Shown: positions 30,801-41,479 of the stretch, in pieces | How the letters are laid out: each line of letters opens with the position of its first letter | Position numbering within the stretch: the stretch's first letter is position 1 | DNA from: Auanema rhodensis | Taxonomy: Eukaryota > Animalia > Nematoda | Reading direction: 5' to 3' | Assembly: GCA_964057225.1 (NCBI GenBank) | Contig: OZ059899.1 | Coordinates: 4,774,001-4,838,000, forward strand | Length of the DNA stretch: 64,000 nucleotides | The notes under the pieces: model-generated | Told to the model about the DNA's origin: nothing | Database searches by the model: none | What the model saw: only the letters and a program-made list of their open reading frames with translations | Made by a program: the position numbers and the translations under genes

Positions 30801-33800
30801 ATATATACTTGATTCATTTCTCTATTATATCTGCCAAGCTGGAGAGCAATAATAAGCTGTCTGCACGACACCTTACGATGACCCTTCTGATGAGCAGAGA
30901 AGGTTTTCCCTTCGGCGCATCTGTGCTACACCTGCCTTCCCATTTTCAATTTTGTTGTCTAAATAGCCTTGCTGGAAGCAAACATCCTATCGGCAAGAGA
31001 TTTTGAATTTTATACATGACTTAATGAGTCATTCTATAATTTAATGTATCTATAATTTATGGTTATGTAATATAATATATAGGAAATCATTTTATTCTCA
31101 ATTTCCCATTTATTTGATTCATCATTCAAGTAAACTAACTGTTGCTTTAGAATAGGTATCTAGAGATTTGTGAGGATAATTCCCATTATTACTGAAGTGT
31201 CAGTTAAAGCATAAATTATGGTCTTATGATGGATTGACGACCTCATTCATTGCTCCACACTATGCTATTTACGATCTCCGCCTGTTTCCTGCGTTATATG
31301 AGCAGAATGCTGTTACATTTAGATCATAAAATTTTCAAAATTTATTTTTCCGTTTGATTATTAATGTAGTTCATATTTTCCAACTTATGCTTTCTTACTC
31401 TACTCCGTTTTAATAGTAAGAAGTTTCTCCTTCTCTTAAATAATTTTTTGAACATTTCTGTCAGTAACAGGTATGCTCTGATATCTTTTCTGCTGATATG
31501 AACTAGATATAGGATTTTTTTTTTAAATTTTGGCTGAGCTCTCATCATTAAGATTTAGAGGACATGTTCTGTGTTGCTGCGCCCCATTGACCCTGATCAC
31601 TGTCTGTGCCCTCTTCTTGCACACACTCTTGTACTTGCATCTTACCCACGCCGATTCAAATTCGCAGTGGTTCAGCTGGCCTATCGCGTTTGAATGTATG
31701 CTTTACCGGCACTGTCACCTACAGTCTGATATTATTCATCTAGAACTTTTTTCATTATCCCAAATAAATAATTTATTATATGTATATTCCTTTCTTTAAA
31801 ATTAATGTACCATTGCGCATACCGTTATTATGTTGCAAAGCTCTTTTCAGTTAATGTAAGTCTTCTAAAATGAGTTGGAGTAGTTAGATATTTGATTTTG
31901 TTATACTTCTAAAATTGAGAAAATTGGCTGTCGTGCGATATATATATATATATATATAGTAATTAGAAATACTTTATGTAACATAACAAGATTTGGTTTA
32001 CCTTATTTGCCATACTGTGCGCGCACAAGTGAGCCTGTTTCTTTCAAATTCCTCTAATCGCCCTTGACATAGCTGACACTGCTCGTCTTTTGAATCGCGA
32101 CTGATGCTGGCTGAGGACCACCTACGGTGCCTGCTGAGGGTTTCAAACAATTCCCATGAGCGAATTATAATTAAATAGGCGTGCCAACTATTAAGTGACT
32201 GTCCAAGCTACCAAGCCATTTATTATAAATTTATATTATTTTGTGTACATGGACTGTACAATTCAAATAGCTGTTCCCTCCCTTATTTATGAAAATTTTT
32301 TGAAATACTATTATCATGTGGCTTTCGCATTTTTTCTTTTTGATTTACTTCATTCAAACCATAACCAGCTGTGAGAGTCTTTGCTGGATACATATTTTCC
32401 CCATACTATGCTATGAACTTCATTGTACTGAAGATTTCATACTAGATACTAGATACTTGATCAAATTTCAAATTTTCTTTGTTTAAAAATTTGAATCTTT
32501 TGTAGATATACTCTTACTAAATACTATTTTCTGTTAGTATTGTTTATTTTTGAGTTGTATTATTATATACATCTATCATTATTTGTTCATTTCTATGCTC
32601 ATTCATCCGTTTCTCTTGCTCATACTGCGTGCGTAATCTATTGGGTAAGTAATATACGCAAGAGATCACTGTGTTCTATTTATTTTTGTCTTATTAGCCA
32701 TTTTTTGTTCATGCTGAGGTCTATCGTTCCACCCATCAAGTCTTCAGTCTACTCAATCGTTGTGATTGATTAGTTCAAGTTGTTGACATATGCTGTCGTT
32801 ACATCTAATTTGAGATAAACTCTATTGTATACTGTTTCTTTTGCAGATCAAAATTATTTGGTTATCAAAATAACTATCTAAACAAATTAATGATGGTTTA
32901 CATCACTAATTTTCTTACCTTGTTTTCTTTTCATTTTTAATTTTCCCAGCTTGTTTTCTGTTTGCATTCTTCAGCTAGGTGAACTTGTCTCGTCATCCAT
33001 CTTTAGAAAATACATGTCATCTTACCTTAATGATACGGATTAGTGTCTAATGTGCTCGAAATCTGATTGTCCTCCATTCATAGTGACACTTTTGTGGCGT
33101 TCTCTACTTGCTCTACATGAATAAGAATGACAGGGGCGCTATAGGCGGATAGGCAGATGTTCTATTCTCTACTCATTTGTTATCTGCTCCTTCCCGTTCA
33201 TGTAATTAGCACTATTTCGGTTTCCAGTCAGTCTTTCTTACCAATTGGGATGAATGATTTGTTCTGTAGAACCACCTATCAAGAATTTAGAGCTAATCTA
33301 ATACAATTTAAATTATCCTGGTTTCCTATATTTCATTCAGCTACCATGAGCTAATTCAATTATGAGCACGAGTGAAATGTCCAATGTCAAACTCATATAT
33401 CTTAAACTAAATTCGCTTTTAATCATTCGTATCTACATTTTCCCTTTTCATTAATTCGTTAAAAGCTTTTTATTTTATTTTGCTATTTATGCTTTATAAT
33501 TAAAAATACAGTACAATTCTTTGTGATGGAACTTGGCAGTTCTCACGCACTGCGCCTCATTGATGAGTAAGTGCCATTTAAATTCTTTTACTATTTTTGA
33601 ATGTGATTAATCATATTTTTTTTCAATACGTATAACTAAACTCAACTACTTGTGCGAGTGAGGCTATCTCACATTGAACTCCAATACCTCAGTTTTAATT
33701 ACAATACAAATTGACTGTCAGAGTTTGCTGGCAAAGTGGAAGACATAGAAATAAGATACTACTTCATAGGCAACAGATGTCCCACATGTTTGTATGTCTT

Positions 33801-35386
33801 ACCTTCTGCTGTTGCTGGTCCTGCTGGTGAATTGTCTGACCTTCTTTTCTGTCAGTGGAGGTGAGGTGCGATTAAGTGCACATTGCTTGAGTTCTCATAG
33901 CATAATCGTTCTGAACTTATAAACTGTTCTCGAGTTATTTTCATGTATATATATATTAATTTGTATATTTTCAAACTATATACTTAGTGAAGTTTTGATC
34001 GGGATATATAATTTTATGACTTAGATTTCAAATTTATTTAAGTGACCATTTTAATGCTGTTTGCAAAAAAATCTATGTATATTTTTTAAACAGCGTTTTT
34101 ACAATTTTTATTCCACGAAAAAGTAAAACTGTGTTATAGAATATATTCAGAATTATTTCTACTCACGGTTAGCCATGTTTAGTAATTTGATAGCATGCTC
34201 AGTTGGGGCAATTGCGCAATGGCGATCATATTGGCACTTGAGTATGCAATCATTGCTCAAATTGGAAGCTATATACAGACGCTCGTACTATCCGTCTTAA
34301 TATGAGCAATGTACGAGAATCTCTTTTTACTTTCTTTTTTTACCTTTAAAATTTCAAGTCATATTGTTGATCAGAATGCGTGGTTTCCTGATTCCATTAT
34401 ATATTGCAGACGAGATGAACATCCTTCTTTTTATATTTCAAAAATAGCCTTAATTTCCTGATTCAGACTGAAATTTTAGAGTCTTCAAACTCAAGGAAAA
34501 TTTCTATTTTAATTATATGGAAAAATTTAAAAAGTTGAAACTTCTTGCTTGTTCTCATAGTTGATCTGTTTCGTATATTTTCCCGCCAGCTTTATTCTAA
34601 TTGTGTATATTTCATCTTCAAGTTTGCTATTCAAATCAAATGCATTGGACAATTAAGGTAAAATGTTAGAAAACTAATGCACATGTAATGCCGAATTAGA
34701 TGTATGTTTAATCATAAATCGTTTTTGGCATCATCAATCGACTATAATCGATTTTCAGTCATTTTGTAGTTATCCGGACACAATTATAATTAACCCAATT
34801 GGAGTACTTAATTCAACTATAATTTTAAGAAATTTATTTTATCCTTATTTGAATGTAAGCTGTAACCTTCCATTCAAGGTTATAATTCATTTCTTAGCTT
34901 TACGCGACCTCGAACATAAAAACTTTTGTTATATATTGTAATTTTTCATTTTTCTGATATCTTGGCATAACATCTTTCTCAACCCTCTTTTTTAACTGTG
35001 TTTGTATTTGTTACCTAAGTATGATATTCAAACATTGTTGTTGTTTACTCTGCTCAAATTAATTCTGAGAGCCAATTCTCTGTGTGAGTTAAGACTATAG
35101 CTATCTATCAATTCTAAGAGTTGTTAACTATTGGCAATGACCCACTTCATTTTCGTTGACTCCCCTTACCAATATTGTCACCTATATGGTCTGTGGCATC
35201 ATCCAGCAGCATTAAAAACACCCATTGGGTATTTGCTTAGGAATCATGACCTTTTGCTCGTTATTCTCATGTAGATTTATCCGTGATTCACTACTGTTTC
35301 TCACAAATATCCGTATATGTTAAAGAATTTCTCTGTGTTTTAATAATCTATTTTTAGCTTCAAAGAAAAAGTGGACCGAAGCTCAG

Positions 35387-38260
35387 ATGAATTCTATGTA
35401 TGATCAGCAAGTACCGTCCACTTCTAATGGTTCAAATTTACTGACACCTCCTAACATGATGTATGTTTCAAGTTTCCTTGTTCTTGTCATATTCTTATTT
35501 GATTGATATGCTTGAGATCGAACTAGAATAGAATGTTTTTGTTCGATTCCTAAACTGAGCGTTTTAATACAGATTGTTTTAATGATAACAAGCATTCATC
35601 GTAGTGCAAAAATGTGTGCAAATACAGGGAATAGCAAAATCAAAAAATGTTGCTAGGAGTTTATCCAAAGTTTGCAGGCCTCATCCGTCACCTTTCCGAG
35701 TAGCTAATGCTGGTCCTGTGCAGAAAATCCGAGATAGTTGTGGAATCAGAAATCCTTCTTATTTCAACCAATGGATGACTGAAAATCCTGCCATGTGTGG
35801 AAGTTATCGCCAGGATGGAAGTAGACCTGGCAGCACGGCTGGAAGTATTGTATGTTTTGGGATTTTCAAACATATTTTTTTAAATTTGTAATGTTTAGGC
35901 TGGATCAGTAGCAACCGGGCTTTCAGGAAACATGTCGGAAATGTCAATTGGTCAAATGAGCACGCTTACTGTTGACACCCAAGTAACTGCAGTAGCGTAT
36001 TCATATCCAGTTAGTTGGATGGTATCATATAGTGAATAATATATATTTTACAGCAACCCCCAATGATGCCTACATCCTCTTCTAGCATTGAAAATTATGA
36101 TTTTAACCAGCTATACTCTGAGATTGACCAAAACGTTGATCATGTTTTACACGCTTTTGCCATGAGAAATTCGGTTAGTTTGCGCTGACAAAAAATGTTA
36201 TATTTGAATTTCTAGATATACCGAAGAAAAGCAACAAACTCTATTATGGATATGGCTAACAGAAAATATTTATCGTACGTACAACCGAAAAAAATGAAGA
36301 GACTTTTGAGTGTCATGTTTGACGTGATTGCGGACAGAGAAGCTGAACCTGAGGTTGGTATACTTATTAAATTTCTAATTTATTTTTCTAATTTAAGACT
36401 GTTGCTCATTTATTAAAAATTATCTGTTTGATTCACAATGATCCTATGATTGAAGAACTTATGACTGAACAAAAAGGAAGACCAATTCTTGCAGCTTGGT
36501 CTAGAATACAGTAAGAAAGTTTCGTAGTTATGAATTATATAATCGTTATATTAGAGCAAATATGGTATACACTCAAAATGCCTTGACAGCTGTTTGGTTA
36601 ATGCTGTGCCATAAGAACACTAGACGACGAAGATATGTTCGGTACGCCACAGAAACTATATGAAATTTCAATTTTGATTTATTATAGATCTAAGGAATCT
36701 ATTAACCAACTAATGCAGATAGCTTTGATTGATGATATGAACTACACAGTGAAGGCTCTTGCTATAGGAAGCACGCGACTGTTGCTTTCGAAGTATCCTG
36801 TTATGAAAGAACACTTCAATCAACATATTGGAATGTATCGAATCTTACCATTCCTGGACATGGGAATGGATGAGAAAGTGATTGCTGAAACTGCTAAGTT
36901 GTGTCTCTCACTAATTTGCTCTTCATCCAAAGAGTACGCTCTCTCTTTTTTGAATTATGGAGGTGTGGAGGTTTGATTTCATTTTTTTTTCCGAGGAAAT
37001 CATTTTGTTACAGAGAACAACTAATCTCTTATCACACGGGTCTCCACGTGTATTAACAGACTGTCTACATTGTTTGTCGGCAGTGAGTGATTTACCAGAA
37101 ATGCGTATGCTGGATCTGGCACCAACAATTTTAGCTGTCATTAGGTTGTTCGGATCAGAAGATCCTCGAACTGCCCAATATGGGACAGCTTTTATTTTAA
37201 ACGTGTCAGCACTTTCATCCACACATAAGGTTTGATCAAATTTCGTGATTGTTCTTATGTTCGTTTTACAGAAATTTATCACTGAAGCCCGAGGACCAGC
37301 ATTAATAATGTCAGTGTTGTCTATGGTTCGAGAATATGTGAAGTATCCATTGCCAACTATTCGGCAAATTGTTGATTCGATATTGGCCAATGCGCTAGGC
37401 TGCTTAGCTAACTTGACTCTTGGAGGTCCGGGGGATGAAGAATGGTTAATGCAAGCAAGACAGCAAGTATCTCAGCATGACCCCCGGTTTTTATTGAATA
37501 CATTAGCAAATCGGAACGTTGTTGAACTACGAGCAAAAATTCTGTTAATTCTTGAACGGTATGTTAGATTCGTTATAATACTGTAACAAGATTGTTTTAT
37601 AGAGTTTTCACTTCTGTACCGGATTATATGAAGCTTTTCATTGATCTTCGTGATGATTGCCATCAACAAACATTAGCTACTATTGTAATGCAGTTAGTAT
37701 TTGATCTCCTGAACAGATACGTATGTTTTCATTTAATTTTTCATGATCATAGCGGATGTTTCAGCCTCAGTGCTTCAATGCATCACCAAATGAAAAGAAA
37801 CAAATAAACGATCTTGTACGACGTGGTATGAAGTTATTGTGTGTACTCTCTAGTTATCCTGATATAGCTCATGGAATTGCCCATACACTTCAGCAAGAGT
37901 AATCTAACTTTAATCTTAATCTTATGATTATTTTATGTTTTTAGGCGTCTAAATCCTCTTCAATATTTGAGAATTATTCGGGACTTTAATGATGAAGTAA
38001 CAAACGTTTTACGTTGTTGCATGCTTCGCTTTATTGATGAATTAACATCAGCTGATGAACGAAAACGCCTGTTATTTAATTGGCTTCATGATGATGTTGA
38101 ATGTGCCAAAATAGTTCATCATTCTACAGCTCTACAGGGTATGGAAATTCGAAAATACGCTATGAATTTAATAAGTAGATTTGAATCTTTGTTTAATCCC
38201 ATGGAGCCAATTCCCAATAACTTGAATTATGCGCAAGCTATGCATCCAGAATATTTGTAG
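35387..38260 (+). CDS. wrm-1: Divergent armadillo-repeat beta-catenin, WRM-1-like; about 13 exons
   Basis: The spliced N-terminus SPFRVANAGPVQKIRDSCGIRNPSYFNQWM...SRPGSTAGS...TSSSSIENYD resembles recalled C. elegans WRM-1 (SPF...RVQELREAAGVKRSYTNDWM...SSIEN). ARM-repeat-like helices follow (LLSHGSPRVLTDCLHCLSAVSD, AQYGTAFILNVS, ALGCLANLT). Confidence 0.75.
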
Positions 38261-38328
38261 CTCTTATAACACAAATATAATTTGATTGTTTGCTAGTTGC
38301 CTGAGATACTGGTCTTGTCCAGCTACTA

Positions 38329-38336
38329 CCCGGTGA
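38329..38336 (+). promoter_or_regulatory. miR-35-family 8-mer seed site (CCCGGTGA) in the wrm-1 3'UTR
   Basis: Exact reverse complement of the miR-35-family 5' end UCACCGGG, about 70 nt after the stop codon. Confidence 0.45.
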
Positions 38337-39058
38337 AAGAATGAATGTACATAGAGATCTAATTTTTGTTTTTAAATCAGTCTTTACTAACTATTATTGT
38401 TTCTTAATATTAGCTAGATATTTTTTGTTCACATAATTATGGAATACTCTGCCATTTGAGATCTCAAAAAATGATTGCTCAGTCTTCATCAGTTTTAGGA
38501 ACTGATTTAGTGGAACTTAGATGAGATCCGAATTCTTCATCTTTTTTTTTTACTTTCTTCCATCCCTCACTATCCAATCTATCTCTCATATTATGCCAGG
38601 TTTTCAACAAATGGTTCTCCCGCTCAGTATAATCAGTATCTTCATTTCTATGTTATTGATGTTATGTATATCATTAGATTCTGTGATGATTACAGTTCAG
38701 AAAGTTTTATATGAATGCTTCATTCCTAATATGTTCGATAATATCATTTGGAGTTACTGAAATGAAACAAGAATCTTAGTGAAAATAATTTTATAATTTC
38801 AAGATGCCATCGAATATAAAAGCGATATTACTTACATAGATATGTGTTTACCCACCGAAAACAAGTTTTACACCTTAATAAAAAAAATACCATCAGGCTG
38901 TAAATCATAAGAATGAGCACGTTCATACTGGTTAGTTATGCTTATACACTCTTTTACTTAAAAATATACATTTCCCCATTTCTTATATACATATAAATAG
39001 AAATTATTAATATACAATGTACAAATGAGTGGATAAAGTACACAAGAAAACAATTTGA

Positions 39059-39968
39059 TCAATGATGAATGCAACGGTTTTCGTATGTTGGGCAAAAGCG
39101 AAGAATTTGATCACGGCTAGCTGCAGGAATATCAGCAAAAAAATCCATACAGTAGTTCTCATACTGCTTCCGATTCACGGCACAAAAAGAGCTTGGTGAT
39201 GAAGGTACAAATGTTGATTTATCTACAGAAGCGGATGGCGCATCGGGTACAACTGCAGTGTTTTCTATACTGCTCAAATCACGTTTCTCCTAAAATAAGT
39301 AGATTGTACCAAAATACTTTACTATATTATTAATTGTTTGCACTCTGGATTCTTTTTCAACAATGTATAACCTTGTTATACAATGCCACATCAAACCATT
39401 CGTTTTAGATAGGGACCTATTGCATGAATTATAAACTGGCTTACAGATCAAGCTGTACTGTTCACATGATGCTATGCATGGTTCTCATCCCCTTAGTTAT
39501 TCAACATCTTTTTTCGTCAAAAGAAGAGATATCACTATTGTGATTATCCCTACCAGCTAATAACATAATGAAAAAAGCTAATGGAAATAACCAGTTTTAG
39601 ACTAACTCTGATGGTAAAATTTTATAAAACTTCAGGTTGAACCTAGCATACTTCTTCGCGTCGCTTCATGGCCTTTTCAGCTTTTCTTTGCAAATGAGGC
39701 ATCGGAGCAATAAGTTGGGGCTCTTTTTGAAGCGGTCCTTCAAAAACCATACCTAAACGATATTTTCTTTATTATCGGTTTCATTTTTTTTTCTTTGATT
39801 CAAAAGGTTAAATATTGAATACTAACCTTGTGGCTCTCGAATAGCAATCATTTCAGGTAAAGCAAGAATATTGGGAAGTTTATATGATATGAGAACTGAA
39901 ATAAATTATTTTGCTGGTATACAACATGGTCGCAACCAACCTGAAAAGATAATAAAATATTGAACCAT
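39059..39968 (-). CDS. Small secreted protein (~142 aa): signal peptide, dibasic sites, C-terminal 4-cysteine module; 4 exons
   Basis: Three GT-AG introns join MVQYFIIFSVLISYKLPNILA-LPEMIAIREPQGMVFEGPLQKEPQLIAPMPHLQRKAEKAMKRREEEKRDLSS...FCAVNRKQYENYC...RFCPTYENRCIHH*. All exon phases are compatible. Confidence 0.75.
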
Positions 39969-41479
39969 AGTTAATTTTGTATAGCAAGATGTGGCTTTGC
40001 GTACGAGTTTTTGCAGATTCCTAGTCGATCCAACACTAATTTAATAAAGTCTTAGAGTGTTTAATTCGAAGTACAGAATAAGAGTATCAATGTTTTTCTT
40101 ATATATATATAGTAATCAGTCGTCCGATGTCGAAAACATTACAACAAATTGTCAACTTCGTTATGGCATACGTCATCATACTCATCATCGCTATCATAAT
40201 AACCGTTATCACGAGCACCGCCTTAGCTCTAACTGTTTTTTGTACCTTAAGTGAATAATTTTGTGTGTGAAGGAAGTGCAAGCGATTGATCTGGAGGAAG
40301 ACAACGAGACTATCTAGTTATGTGAGGAATTTTCACAGTTAGGACAATCTTTTTCTGTCACCAATCAAGGATAAGAACAGAAAACAACATTATGACGAGC
40401 AAGTAAAATTATAATGAATGTAGAGAATATTTAAACCATTGATTTTATATTTTGTTTGTATTTTTTTGCATGTTAGCCTAGAGTGAAAAAAAGTGAATTA
40501 GGTGGAAGATTGTATCAAAGATCATTGTTCTATCAATGTTTTTTTGCAAACTTTTTTGGTAAAATACATTAGTTAAAAAAATGTAATATACATCATTAAT
40601 ATAATTTCAGAGATCACGGATAGGGAATTGTTGATATTGTGTTCTTCAGTAGTGTAGTATTAACATATTTATTTTTTTAATGTCTCTTTTCACACTTTTT
40701 CTGCTATTAATATATGCAAGGATTCCTGCGAGGGTTTCATGAACAATCTTTTCAAGCATTAATGCTTATATTATTAGAAAAATCGTATAGAAAAACTTAA
40801 AGTTAGTAAAATTCTGACACAGCATTGCCTAAAGACAAGAAACAAAAAGCTATAAAAGTCAGAACAGGCGTAATTATCAACAATGGAATCAATTTATTCA
40901 CGTCATTCAAAGAAATCTTCAAAATGATTTCATCCCAAATAACAGATGTTTTCTCTGTTTATCAAAGTATGACTAAAAAAGAAGACAACAAAAAGCTCTG
41001 GAAGAACATGCTGCGACTTCTACATGTTGAATAGGCGACATTAAGGCGTCGATCATTTGTCTGCATCATGCTTAGTTGTATAAGCGTCACAACCGACTAA
41101 AGGGGGAATAAAGCTTATAGGGCGATGACGATGTGTATGCATCTTCATCATCTTCATGAACACATATCGTCCTCGGAACGAGTTCCCCGTTTAATCCCGT
41201 TCGTGAACGGCTCTCCGGCCTCAACCACGCCCGTCAGGCTCGATCATTCGCTATCTTTTCAGTTTGACCAAGTCAATTGAAACGTTATATCACCTCACCT
41301 TTGATATTTGATAAATTTATTTTAATCTAGTTTTTAGTAGAAATTTTCATTCATCCAATAATTAATTTAAATCGAAATACAGTAAGACTTTTGTCCAAAT
41401 TTATTGTATTTTCTATTATTTATTATTGCATAATTTTCTATCTTTGCATTATAAACCTTATATATAACTTATTTCAGCA

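Noticed and set aside
36923-37390. 155-aa antisense ORF over wrm-1, and similar antisense ORFs over dgk-3, emb-5, the thioredoxin and acy-1
   Set aside because: Shadow frames of the real coding exons; no independent protein features.
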